64,000 bases of DNA. Origin: the human T2T-CHM13v2.0 reference genome, Homo sapiens. Below the pieces are notes generated by a model. The model was not told the DNA's origin. It did not search any database and saw only the letters and a list, made by a program, of their open reading frames with translations. How positions within the stretch are numbered: position 1 is the stretch's first letter; every line of letters starts with the position of its first letter. Of the stretch, positions 14,089 through 27,264 are shown piece by piece. The stretch lies in NCBI RefSeq assembly GCF_009914755.1, contig NC_060926.1. One strand, 5' to 3'. The position numbers were made by a program, and so were the translations under genes.

Positions 14089-14799
14089 CTACTTCTAGTG
14101 TTGTTGAGGAGATTAAATATGTGTCACATTGCCTAAAATACTACAAATGTTCAATAGATTGGCTATGATGATTATTAATCAGCCCCACAGGTGGATAGGA
14201 GAAGGGAAAGAGAAGAAGAATGCATATTTGAGAATACAGCCAGTGAAGGCAAGAACACAGTTCCTGCCCAATATTGTGGCCTTTGTGCATGGCTCTGTTC
14301 TCTCCCCGTGGCTGGCTGAGCTCCCTCCTAACTCTGAAAATATTGAATCTGCAGTGGTTTAGAGTAGTCCTGGGTCAAATGACCCCAACTTGGAGCAAGT
14401 TTGATTCTGGGGCACATCTGGGGACATGATCCAATCTAGATTCACATGGATGATACATTTTCCCAGCTAAGCCCATAGCAGGTTCACAGTTCAGCTCTGA
14501 AGGAATCATACCAATCGTGGAGTGGCTGAAAATTCTGACAAAGGCTTATAGAAGTGCCTTGCACTGAGAAAGATCCTCACAGAAAACATAAATAATGAAA
14601 ATTGCAAAGCTTCCATTTCTCTGAGTGGATTGTGTTAGAATCGAGTGTTTCACACTTTGATCCCAACATGATTTCCACCCAGTCTATTAGTAAATATGAA
14701 TCATAGATCCTCAGGCCTAAAAGGGACCCAGGAAATTGTCTCATCCAATTGCCCACTGGAAGCTCAAATTCTCAAATTTCAGTAGCTCAGTGGTTGACT

Positions 14800-15120
14800 G
14801 GCCAGCACATCCAACACATTGGACAACACGTTCCAGGAACAGGGAGCTCACTCCTTCATAGGCAGCCATGGCATCCATGCGTAGCTGTGTGGAAACATTC
14901 CTGTGGCAAAGACAAATCAGCCTGGCCGTGGCTCCCCAGTGGGCCTGGGCCTATGCCTTGGGGTCACCCAATGACATGAGAAAGACACCTCTTCCATGAA
15001 ACATTCCCCATCATCTGTGCAAACACCTTCCACCTGCCCCGCCCTCCCATTTCCTAGGCTCAGCCACGCCTTCGGAGGGTAGCACCTTTGTTTCTTCCAC
15101 ATGTCACAGTTTCCCATTTC
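14800..15120 (-). mobile_element. Ancient L3/CR1 fragment
   Basis: ACAGGGAGCTCACTCCTTCATAGGCAGCC...CCTCTTCCATG...CCTAGGCT resembles the antisense L3 3' region. Confidence 0.6.
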
Positions 15121-15639
15121 TTCATCTTCCTAGTCTTGCCTTTGCATTTTAAACTATTGCAGAGGTACCAAAACAAGGCCTTTTCCCTTCAAAGCCAACT
15201 TTTTCTTTAAAAAAAAAAATGTTTTCCGCAGTTCATGGCATCCAGATCTTTTGCAATCTGTCTCTGCCTATTCTTCCAGCCTTGTCTTCTGATGCTGCCC
15301 CACACCCACTCTCCTTCAGCAGTAATGGATCTTCCTCCATGACTCTGCATGCTGCTCCCTGCACCCCATCATCGCCCCCACAATTTCAGCTCAGATGCTG
15401 CTTCTCACCTCACTACAAGGCCCATACCAAGTCTATCTGTGCCTCACTATCCTCCCCTGCAGGTTGCTTCTCCCTCCATGGTGTCTCCAGGAGTCTCTTC
15501 CCTACTATACCACCGCCCCAGGATCATTTCTTTGTATTTCTCTCTCCTACCAGACACTGAATGCTTGGATCAGAAACCAAGCATTGTGTCTCATCTTCCA
15601 GCACCTTCCAGCCTTCTCACACCTGTTACACCTACCATT

Positions 15640-15721
15640 TATTTATTTATTTATGTTCAGAAACAGGTCTCACTGTGTTACCCAGGCTGGACTGCAGTGG
15701 CTATTCACAGGCACAATCATG
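15640..15721 (-). mobile_element. Truncated FAM (7SL-derived Alu monomer)
   Basis: Retains GTGGCTATTCACAGGCACAATCAT, present in 7SL/FAM but absent from dimeric Alu; (TTTA)n tail. Confidence 0.8.
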
Positions 15722-15730
15722 CACCTACTA

Positions 15731-16594
15731 TTTTTTTAATCAACTTTTATTTTAAGTTCCAGGATTCATGTGCGGGATTTGCAGATTTGTTACACAGATA
15801 AACATGTGCCATGGTAGTTTGCTGCACAGATCAACCCATCAGGTAGGTATTAAGCCCATCATCCATTAGCTATTCTTCCTGATGCTCTCCCCCCAGTGCA
15901 CCTTCTGACAGGCCTCATTGTGTGTTGTTCCCCAACATGTGACCATGTATTCTCATTGTTTAGCTCTCACTTATAAGTGAGAACATGCGGTGTTTGGTTT
16001 TCTGTTCCTGCATTAGTTTGCGGAGGATAACGGCTTCCAGCTCCATCCATGTCCCTGCAGAGGATATGATCTCATTCCTTTTTATGGCTGCACAGTATTC
16101 CATGGTGTACATGTACCACATTTTCTTTATCCAGTCTAGTGTTGATGGGCATTTGGGTTGATTCCATAACTTTGCTATTGTGAATAGTGCTGCAATTAAC
16201 ATACATGTGCATGTATCTTTATAACAGAATGATTTATATTCCTTTGGGTATATGCCCAATAATGGGATTGCTGGATGTTGCTGGATCAAATGGTATTTCT
16301 GCTTCTAGATCTCTGAGGAATTGCCACACTGTCTTAAACAATGAACTAAATTACTCTCTCACCAACAGTGTAGAAGCGTTCCTTTTTCTCCACAGCCTTG
16401 CCAGCATCTGTTGTTTCTTGACCTTTCAATAATTGCCATTCTGACTGGCATGAGATGGTATCTCATTGTGGTTTTGATTTGCATTTCTCTAATGATCAGT
16501 GATGTAGAGCTTTTTGTCATATGTTTGTTGGCTGCATGAATGTCTTCTTTTGAGAAGTGTCTGTTCATGTCCTTTGCCTACTTTTTAACGGGGG
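15731..16594 (-). mobile_element. 5'-truncated primate L1 (about L1PA8-13): 3' UTR and ORF2 C-terminus
   Basis: Translations PAIPLLGIYPKEYKSFCYKDTCT and [17 protein letters not shown] match the ORF2p C-terminus. Confidence 0.97.
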
Positions 16595-16724
16595 CAACTA
16601 CTGTTTTTAAGAAATTATTTTTCCTGCTCCAATAACCCAAGTCTGCCAAATATGGGTTTGCCACGAATTAGCTGGTTGTGTTTCTTTAAGAACTGTCAAG
16701 AGCCCATTTCCTGATATAAATCAC

Positions 16725-16774
16725 AGTTTGTGTGGAAATAGTAGCTATGAGTTTGTGTGGAAATACTAGCTATG
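16725..16774. repeat. 25-bp tandem duplication
   Basis: AGTTTGTGTGGAAATA(G/C)TAGCTATG x2, 24/25 identical. Confidence 0.95.
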
Positions 16775-17053
16775 TTAAGCAACATGTTCAGATGCTAATC
16801 TCACTTAAGCCCAGCACATCAGTGCATTTCTCAACATGGACTTCTAAGAAGAAAGCTTCAGTGAGGGTTCCAATTACAAGATTTGCTCACAGAAGCAAGT
16901 CACAGTTGTAAAAATCAGCACATTTGGTACATGGTATATAGAACACAGTCCCTTTGACGAAGCTTTTCTTGTCTTTGGATCTTGATTGTGTTTTCAAAAT
17001 TATAATCCATCAGGCCAGAATCTATTACAAGTTAGTAAAAATGAGCATGATTC

Positions 17054-17336
17054 TTTTTTTTTTTTTTTTTTTTTTTTTGAGACGGCGTCTCGCTTTGTTC
17101 CCCAGGCTGGAGTGCAGTGGTGCCATCTCAGCTCACTGCAAGCTCTGCCTTCCGGGTTCACTCTATTCTCCTGCTTCAGCCTCCTGAGTAGCTGGGACTA
17201 CAGGCGCCCGCCACCACACCCGGCTAATTTTTTGTATTTTTAGTACAGATGGGGTTTCACCGTGTTAGCCACGATGGTCTCGACCTCCTGACCTCGTGAT
17301 CTGCCTGCCTCAGCCTTCCAAAGTGCTGGGATTACA
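17054..17336 (-). mobile_element. AluY, slightly 5'-truncated
   Basis: GCAAGCTC, CCGTGTTAGCC and CCTCGTGATC diagnostics; TSD AGCATG(A/T)TTCTT. Confidence 0.96.
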
Positions 17337-19102
17337 CAGCATGTTTCTTATAATTAAAAATGTGATGCCAGAATTTGAGCTTATGAGATGAAGGAGATGT
17401 ACTTTTCCCTATTCCTCCTGGTAAGTACAACTAAAAACCCTGGACATTATATGTAAAATCAATAACTAGGTAAGAAGATTCTGAGAGGTGGAGAGAAGGC
17501 AGACAGGAGGCTAGGAACCTCAACACACAAGTAACAAAATGATAAGGAGTTCCAAGTTAATGTTTTGCCTCACATATGCCAGAGTTGGAACTGAACAAGC
17601 CAGCAAACTGGAAACACCAGTGGGCACAGACAAAAATCGCCCTGACAAAAGCCTGCTCCCCACAGCCAAAGGGCCAGCAAAAGTCAGCCTAGCAAGACAG
17701 AAAACTTTCAGGCAATAACCATCCTACTCCAGCCAAACACCCAAGAAAAACTGTGGCTCAGCCACTACCCACACCAGCCAAGGTCAAGTGGGAGCCTAGC
17801 CTTGCAGGAATGTGCCCCAATCACCTGTCAGGTGGTGTCAGAGAAAGTTGAATAGGGAGCCAGGACTTCTATCCCCACCAAGCAGTAACAAGCATCTCCC
17901 ATCACTACATGGTGCCTTTAAAGATCACCTGGTCAGTCTGGATTTTTACCCCTAACTCAGAGTTATAAGGCCTCCCGCTCTCTGCTAGTGTAGTCTCAAA
18001 GGAGAGTGGAGAACCAGGATTTCACCACAGCCCAGTGTAAGAAGGCCCACACCCCATATCAGTGGTGTCAGTTGAGGCTGCATGGGGAGCAGAAATGAGT
18101 CACTCATATCTTTTTCAGCTAGGGAGGTATCAGTAGAGACCAACACTGAGAGAAATGAGATGTTAGATTATCTGACAAAGATTCTAAAGTAGCTGTCATA
18201 AAAATGCTTCAATGAACAATTATAAGCACACGAGAAACCAATAAAAAATTGAAATTCTCAGCAAATAAATTGAAACTCTCAGCAAAGAACAAGAAGATAT
18301 ACAAAGAAAAGAGCCAAACTGAAATTTTAGAAGTGAAAAATACAATAATTAAAATAACAGGCTCAGTGGGTGGGCTTAGCAGCAGAATGGAGGGGACAGG
18401 GAAGAATCAGTGAGCTGGAACATAGAACAATAGAAATTACTCAGTCTGACCAACAGAAAGAAAGTAGACTGAAAAAGAATGATAAACAGAGCCATAGGGA
18501 TTTGTGAGACTGTAACAAAAGATACATCTTTTGTATTATCAGAGTTCTTGAAGGAGAGGAGAAAGGGCACAGGGCTGACAAACTGGTAAAGGAAATAATG
18601 ACTAAAACCTTCCAAATTTGGTAACACCTAAAGATTCAGCAAGCTGAGAAAACCAAAAACAGGGTCAAACCAAATAAATCTATGCAAAAATCTATCATAA
18701 TCAAACTTCTGAAAATTAAAACAAAGGAAAAAACCTAAAACAGCAAGAGAGAAATGACACCTTACCTATAGATAAAAACCAATTCAGATAACAGCATATT
18801 TCTCATCAGAAACCATGGACTCTAGAAGGAAATGGCATATTTTTCAAGTGTTGAAAGAAAATAACTGTCCACCCAGAATCCTATATCTAACAAAAATATC
18901 AGAAATTAAGGGGAAATTAAGGCATTCTCAAATGAAACAAAACTAAGAGAATTTGTAGCAAACAGACCTATAATAAAAGAAAGGATAAAAGAAGTTCTAT
19001 AAATACAAAAGAAATGACAAAAGAAGAAAATCAGACCTTTGAAAATCAGAAAGGAAGGAAGAAAACAGCAAACAAAAATGTCGATAAATACAATACACTT
19101 TC

Positions 19103-19469
19103 TGTATTAGTCTGTTTTCATACTGCTATAAAGTCATACCTGAGACTGGATAATTTATAATTAAAAGAGGTTTAATTGACTCACAGTTCCACATGGCTGG
19201 GGAGGCCTCAGGACACTTTCAATCATGGCAGAAGGCAAAAGGGGAACAAGCACGTCTTACCACAGCAAAGCAGGAGCAAAAGAGAGCACGCAAAAAAGCC
19301 ACACACTTTTAAACCATCAGATCTCATGAGAACTCACTCACTATCATGAGAAGAGCTCGGGGGAAAATGCCCCATGATCCAATTACCTCTCACCAGGTCC
19401 CTCCCTCAATACATGGGGATTACAATTTGAGATAAGATTTGGGTGAGAACGCATAACCAAATCATATCA
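19103..19469 (-). mobile_element. MaLR solo LTR, MSTA-like
   Basis: TGTATTAGTCTGTTTT...CATATCA; perfect TSD CTTTC. Confidence 0.93.
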
Positions 19470-19728
19470 CTTTCCTTGTCTTAAGTTTTCTAAATTATGT
19501 TTGAAATTTGAAGTAAAAAATTATGGCACCCTCTGATATAGTTCTAATTATGTAATAGAAATATTTAAAACAATTATATTATAAATGAGGATAGTAAGGG
19601 GTCATAAAGGCAAATAAGATTTCTACACTTCACTAAAATTGGCAAAATTATGACACCTGTAGACTGTGATAAATTATGAATCTATAATGTAATACCTACA
19701 GCAACTAAAACGCCATGCAAAGAGGAAC

Positions 19729-20079
19729 TGATATGGTTTGACTGTGTGCCCACCCAAATCTCATCTTGAATTGCAGTTGCCATAATTCCCATGTGTTGTG
19801 GGAGGTAACTGAATCATGGGGACAGGTCTTTCCTGTACTGTTCTCATGATAGTGAATAAGTCTCATTAATCTTATGGCTTTATAAAGGTGAGCTCCCCTA
19901 CACAAGTTTTCTCTTGCCTGCTGCCATATAAGATGTGACTTTGCTCCTTATTCACCATACGCCATGATTATGAGGCCTCCCCAGCCATGTGGAACTGTGA
20001 GTCAATTAATTCTCTTTCCTTTATAAATTACCCAGTCTCAGGTATGTCTTTATTAGGAGCATGACAACAGACTAATACA
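19729..20079 (+). mobile_element. MaLR solo LTR, THE1-like
   Basis: TGATATGGTTTGACTGTG...GACTAATACA; TSD GGAAC/GGGAC. Confidence 0.93.
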
Positions 20080-21135
20080 GGGACATTCAAAAATGCCATA
20101 GATAAACCAACACTACATTCTTAAAAATGTTTAAATAACCCATAGGAAAGAAAGGAAAAAAGAGAAAAATGCAAACAAGAACAGAGAAAAAAAGTCAGAT
20201 TTACGTCATGTCAATAATTACATTAAGTGTAAATGGTTACAATATGACAATTAAAATACAGAGATTGGCAGAGTGGGTTAAAAAAACATGATCCAACTAT
20301 ATAATATCTATAAAAATCAATTTAAAACATAATAGTATAGATAGGTTGAAGGTAAACAAATTGAGATTATATATATAATGTATATCTCAGACAAAGTAGA
20401 CTTCAGAGCAAAGAAAATTATCAGAGACCCAGAGGGACAGAGGGACATGGTATAATGATAAAAGAAACAATCCACCAAAGATTTAGCAATCATAAATGTG
20501 TATGCAACAACAGAGCTGCAAAATAGGCAAAACAAAAACCAACGGAACTGAAAGGAGAAATAGACTAATCCACAATTACTGCTGGAGATTTCAATACCTC
20601 CCTCTCAACAATTGATAGAATAACCAGACAGAATATTGGCAAGGGTATAGAAGAATGGAACAATACCGTCAACCAACAGGATCTAATCAACATTTATAGA
20701 ACAATCCACCCAACAACAGCAGAATATACATTCTTGACAGTTGCCTACAGAGCTTATACCAAGACAGACTCTATTCTGAGCCAAACACACTTCAACAAAT
20801 TCAAGATAATTGAAATCATACAGTGTATTCTCCAGCCACAATGGAATAAAATTAGACATCAATAAGAAAAATCTCAAAACACTTGGAAACTAAATAACAC
20901 ATTTCTAAATTATCCATAGGTCAAAGATGAAGTCTCAAGAGTTTTTTAAAAAATACATTCAACTGAATGATAATGAAAATACAACATATCAAAAGTCGTG
21001 AGACACAGCTAAAGCTGTACTGAGGGGGATATTTATAGCATTAAATGCATACACTGGAAGAAAGAAAATCTCAAGTGAACCTAAACTTCTACCTAAGGAA
21101 CCTAGGGAAAAAAAGAACAAAATATACTCAAAACA

Positions 21136-21438
<303 letters not shown>

Positions 21439-21539
21439 TCAAAACAAACAGAAAAAAAAAAAGAAATAGTAAATATAAGAGCAGAAATCAAGGAAATTAA
21501 AACAGAAAGACAATGCAGAAAATCAATAACACAAGTGTA

Positions 21540-23030
21540 GAAATCTTACTTTCATTTAGATCCTTTTATTGTCTCTGCTTATTAAATGTAATCCTCTTAA
21601 AAGTATTCTCTCTGCAGACATTGAGGACTACATCAAATGGTGTTACAGCTTTTGCTTCGACCATAAAACCATAAAATATAATCAAAGAAATTCATGAGAT
21701 GGAGAATCTGTTTACTTCTAATTCTATCCATTCCATTGTTTTTTGTTGTTGTTGTCGTTGTTTGTTTTTTCCTTTCTGAAGGTTCCAGCCTTTTTCTACT
21801 ATCATCTTCTTTCTGTTTGGAGAGCTTCCTTAGACATTCTTTAAAGGTAGCTATGCTAGCAACAAATTATCTTAGTTTTTCTTCTTCTGTGAAGGTGTCT
21901 ATTTCTCTTTCAACCCTGAAGCATAGTTTCACTGGATATGTGAATTGGGGCTGTTCTTTTCTTTCCGCACTTGAAAAACATTGTTCCACTTCCTTCAAAT
22001 AGTCATGGTTTCAAATGAGAAATCCACTGTCAATCAAATTGGTATTCTTGTATAGATAATGTATCATTTCTCTCTGACTACTTTTTTTTCTTTTTTTAAG
22101 ATGGAGTCTTGCTCTGTCACCCAGGCTGGAGTGCAGTGGCACAATCTCAGCTCACTTGCAACCTCTGCCTCCTGGGTTCTAGCGATTCTCCTGCCTCAGC
22201 CTCCTGAGCAGCTGGGACTACAGGCATGTGCCACCACACCCAGCTAATTTTTTTTTATTGTTTAGTAGAGATAGGATTTCACCATGTTGGCCAGGCTGGT
22301 CTCAAACTCCTGACCTCAGGTGATCCACTCATCTCAGCCTCCCAAAGTGCTGGGATCACAGGCATGGGCCACCACGCCCAGCCTCTCTCTAGCTATTTTT
22401 AAGATTTTTTCTTCGTCTTTAGTTTTCATAAATTTGGCTATGATGTGTCTGGGTGTGGATTTGAGTTTATCCTATTTGGGATTTTATTAGCTTCATGAAT
22501 CTGAAGATTTATATATTTTGCCAAACTTGGGAAGTGTTTAGCCATTAGTTCTAATATTTTCTTTAGTTTCACACCAACATAGGCCTCCTGGCTGCTGCCA
22601 CTATGGGTAGATGGGATCGCCCACTGATCTGGGCTTGTGAGTGGGGCCTGGACTGATCAAGGCTTCATTTCTCCTCCTCCAAACAAATCAGACCACCTGC
22701 AGGGAACCCGGTTACAGACCTGAGGCTGGAGGTCCCCACTAGGTCTCTGGTTGGCTTTCCTTTCCCTAGTCTTTTGGCCAGGGAGATCAGGCTTCTCTTG
22801 TTTGTTTTTAATCTATGTCTGTTGTCGGTCCCAGGTTGCAGATCCCTCCTGCACCCAATCTGAGAGATACAAAGAAAACCCAAGCACTCACCTCATTGTC
22901 ATTCCTCAAGTCCTGAGGCCCATACCAAATCCTCCTTCTTTTCAGTTTTTAGGGTCCTTTTATAACTGTCTGTCAAATAATTTCCAGGGGATTTAGATAT
23001 ATTTGGAGAGGGGAAACTGAGTGTATGCCA
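21540..23030 (-). mobile_element. Old L1M fragments in antisense (5'/ORF1/inter-ORF region)
   Basis: T-rich strand; CATGGTTTCAAATGAGAAATCC; TTTTGCCAAACTTGGGAAGT. Confidence 0.75.
22082..22383 (-). mobile_element. AluS, full length
   Basis: Antisense dimeric Alu with imperfect TSD TCTCTCT..CTA.TTTTT. Confidence 0.97.
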
Positions 23031-24949
23031 TCTGATTCTAGAACTGGAAGAGCTGGCATTTATTTTTGATGCCACTTTGCACCAGGCACTGCACTCAGCT
23101 TCCACGGCTAACCAACAGCAGACCCTCAGGGACTCTGATGACTGCCTGGACCATGGTGATGGGTCACCTCTGCTGTAAGGCTATTGGCTTCTCAGGGGTA
23201 GTCTTTGAGAAAGGTGAAGTTTCACAAACGTGAATGTTCCTTTAACCCAAAGTTTCAAAGTTGCTTTATTTAATTTCACAGGATGAAAAGTTTTCTCGAC
23301 GTATTGCACAGTCACTAAATGGGACAAAATCTAAACTCCTCTGGGCACCCTCTACCCTTTGCTATGTTTCTGTCTCCTGTTCATGGTCCAGCTCAATAAG
23401 TGGGTCTCTCTTCTCCCCATTTTTTATACCTCTTTTCTCCCTAGACTTGCTGTCTGTCTGCCAGTTGTCACTCTGACATCAGGGTACCTACTTCTGGAAG
23501 GCTCTCATTTCAATCCTTACTTCTAATTTGCTGAGGGTCAAGGAAATAATATAACCAGGATTATATTATTGTATCTAAATGAAGAGTAAGTTGACTGGGA
23601 AGGCGCATCTAAGAGACATATATATTGTGAGCCAGAGCTTGGGTTCTTGGAGTTTTGATAATATTTTGGCAGTTCAGTAGCTGCTTTTACTAAATTCGTG
23701 TTATTGGCTGTGTTACAAATAATCAAGGCTAGAAAAGTGGCCTCTAGATAACTGGAGAATTTTTGCATTTACTTTGTAAACACCCTCTCCCCACAACCCC
23801 ACTACATCCCCAAAAAAACAACACTAAACAATTTTAGGCTCAAGACACAGACTCAAGTCCTTTTTGGGAAGAATACACAAGAGTGAAGATAGTTTTTTTC
23901 TACTTTTTACTACAAGAAAGCAACTGAAAGGGTATTTTACAACACTTTCCAAAAGAAAGTGTTTCTGTGCCAAAATCAAGCATGAGACATTTCATCCCAA
24001 AATGAAATCTGACAATGTCATGGGTAACTTAATTATAGCTCTTCTACAAGAAAAATAGTATGGAGGCAAAAGGGGGTTTCAGCTGAGCTTTGTGGGAAAT
24101 TAAATCCAATTATAATTAGTATTAAATGTGTGTTGGATAATGCCATTTCCAAAATGTAGAACCCTCCTCTCCTAGACCCAGATTTTCATTCTGAGTCTCA
24201 GCGCCAGGGACCTTCCATCATTGAGAATCAGCCCTAAAAGTCCACAGCACAGGTTCTGGAATTAGGCCCAGCTGGTACACAGACCTGTGTGACTTCAGGA
24301 GACAAATATAATGATGGTTACACATTTCTAATCTCACCCATTTAGAGTCAAGACAGGTTCCTAAAATAATCACATACCCTGATTTCCTAACGGCCTTTGG
24401 CAAAGTTGCTGAACCTTCATTAGCAGCACATGTAAGGACCAGACAAACCACCCTTTCTCTCCACACTTCTGTCTCCCACTGATGCACAGTGAGAAGACTT
24501 ATTTGGAGATTCGGCATCCCCCTCCAGATACCCTGAGCTGTCAGGTGATTGTAGAGCTATGCTGAAGCTTCCCTTTCCCACCTTGCACTGAATGATGTGG
24601 GCAATGACATCATCCTGGGGCCCTACTTCCTTTCTCAGGCTCAGCTTTCACCCCAGGGCTCAGAGAAAAGCAGCTTTTTAAGAAAACTGGCCCCCAGGAG
24701 CTGTTGTTTCTTTGGACTCTATCCTTCCACAGCAAGTGCAGCCCGGCACCAGTTTGAGCAATTGATTCAGGAGCAGCAGCTTCTGGATCTGGTTGTGCAA
24801 GAGAGAGAGTGCGTGTGTGTGTGTGTGTGGCAGGTGTACACGCAGATGCACAGTTTCCCAAACATAAACATCCTCATGGGTATTTTTTTCAGCTCCCAGA
24901 ACTCCAAACAGCCTCTTAGCAGTGTCTCCATTCAATCCAAACTGCCCCA

Positions 24950-25350
24950 TCCAATCCCTCCTCCTCACTCATACCACCCGGGTCTTTCTGAAACCCAAAA
25001 CTAAGGGGAGTCATATCTCCCCTCCCTGTTCAGAACCATTTGGGAATGTACTGCCTCACTGCCTGGAACTGGGCTGTGGACCCACTGTCTACCTCCAAGC
25101 CTGACTTTCCCCACTCCTCTCCCTTTATGCTGCCCACTCACCTTTCAAGATTCAGTTAGGACTCATATCCTCTGTAAAATATTTTCCAACCAGTCCATCC
25201 ATCTCCCCACCTCCGCACACAGAAACAACACCACATCATCTATTTTGTAAGCACTATCATCCTACACAGAGGTTTCTATGGGATAAAAAGCCCCTGCAAA
25301 GTACCTAGCCCATAACGGCACTTGACAAATGTTGGGCAAGTGAATGAACA
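24950..25350 (+). mobile_element. Degraded L2 3' fragment
   Basis: Ends in GTACCTAGCCCATA...CAAATGTTGGGCAAGTGAATGAA. Confidence 0.55.
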
Positions 25351-25986
25351 CATCTTGCAGCTGGCAGAGAATTCCAGGCCCTTATCTGAATTGAATAAAG
25401 GATACATCAAAAAGAAAAGTTTGAGGCCAAGGGGATCCCCCACATCAGGGAACCGTGCAGTGGGAGCCTGCTGGGTCCTCCAAAGAATACACATGTATCT
25501 CCCAAGAGGCCCGTCATGTGGATGGCAATGAGGCAGAGGGTGCTTAGGGCCAGAAAAGACCAACGGAGAAGGGCCAGAGCCATAGCCAGCTTCCCCCTTC
25601 GGCCTGCCCGGGCACAGGGGAGCTGCACACGGGGAGAGGCCAAAGGAGGAGGAAGGAAAGAGCAAACCTTATCTGCACCCGTGCCCAGTACTGCTTCCCA
25701 GAGCCTGAGATAGGCCTGTGTTGGAGGAAGAGACTCCCTTTCCTGTTCTCTCTCCCCTGAGTTCTTGGGTTCTCAAAAAAAAAAGAATCAGAGAAGACAC
25801 TAACCAGAGCACATATACCTTCCTTCCCTCTCATCCCAAATCTCTGGAGACAAGAATAAAGTATGCTTTATAAAAGAAAACAATCCTTACCTGGGTCAGA
25901 TAACCAGAAAGGGTGCTTAAAGGACCCAAAACTTATAAGACACCATGAGGGATGAGGTCAGATGGTGACTGAGCCCGCATCCACAG

Positions 25987-26372
25987 TGTCTTTGTCTGTT
26001 TTGTGTTGCTACAACAAAATACCACAGACTGGGTGCCTTATAAACACTAGAAGTTTGTTTCACTCGTGATCTGGAGGCTGGGAAGTCCAAGATCAAGAAG
26101 CCACATCTGGTGAGGGCCTTCTTGCTGTGTCATAACAGGATGGAAGCCATCACATGTGTGAGAGAGAGTGAGAGAAGGTGCCAAACTCACTCTTCATAAG
26201 GGCCCACTCTTGAGATAATAAGCCCATTCCCCAGATAACAACATTAATCCATTCATGAGGGTAGACCCCTCATGCCACAATCACTTCTTAAAGTTTCCAT
26301 CTCTCAACACTGTTGCATTGGGGATTATGTTTCCAACACATCACTTTTGGGGGACACATTCAAACCATAACA
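25987..26372 (-). mobile_element. MaLR solo LTR, MST (B1/C/D-like)
   Basis: TGTCTTTGTCTGTTTTGTGTTGCT...CAAACCATAACA; perfect TSD CACAG. Confidence 0.9.
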
Positions 26373-26846
26373 CACAGACAGCCTACTCTGCACAGCCTTG
26401 CCTGCCCAATACCACCCCTGTCATTAGACTGTAATAAAGGGGAAATAGCAGTCAGACAACCTTCAATACAAAAGTGAAAGGGACATCAACAAAAGCATAA
26501 GTATTTAAAGAAGACTATAATCCATCAGAAAAAAAAAAGCTTCAAACACACAAATAGAAAAATAAATTATCCAGAAAAAGAATTAGGAAGAAACAGAAGA
26601 TAATCTTTAAATAGACATAATTAAACTGATACCAATCATAGGTATACATTCTTTTACAAATAGAAATTTAAAATGTTTAAAGTAAAAACTACTAAAAAAA
26701 GAACAAGTAAAATCTTCAAGGCATGAGAGAGGATAGGATTAATTTTTTTAGAAAAAGAAAAAGAAAATAAATTAAAAGAACTTAAAATCCTATACTCAAC
26801 CAAACTATCATTCAAGTGTGAGGAAAAAGAAAACTGTTTCCAGTTA

Positions 26847-27258
26847 TGTCATGGTAAATTAGATTATTGCTTCCAATTATTCACTTTCTCCCTCCACTGT
26901 GGGACCCTATCAACCCCACCCCATTGGTTTTGGGCTTGGCCAGGTGACTTGCTTTGGCCAATGATATGTGAGCAAAAATTGGGGCGTGTCTGCATGGTTT
27001 TGCTGGCCTCTCGAGCTCCTGTGATTTGCCATGAGAAGAATATGCCCCAGGGAGCCACTGCTCCCAGAACCAGACACATGGAACAGACTCAAATTCAACT
27101 TACAGCTGGAGCTAAGCCCAGTCAAGCCCAACCAGAAGCAGACAAATTCCAGCTGACCCAAAGAGCCACAAACAAGGAAAATATATGTTTGCCATTATAA
27201 GTCACAAAGTCGTGTATTAATTATTAGATGGCATTAATGCAGCAACACCTGATTAATA
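26847..27258 (+). mobile_element. Old MaLR LTR (MLT1H-J-like)
   Basis: TTGGGCTTGGCCAGGTGACTTGCTTTGGCCAATG core. Confidence 0.8.
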
Positions 27259-27264
27259 GGGAAA

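Noticed and set aside
15960-16568. ORFs with clear protein similarity
   Set aside because: Broken L1 ORF2p C-terminus from a 5'-truncated element, not a host gene
18246-18287. 21-bp tandem duplication
   Set aside because: Lies in the L1 ORF1 coiled-coil region, where heptad-length repeats are common
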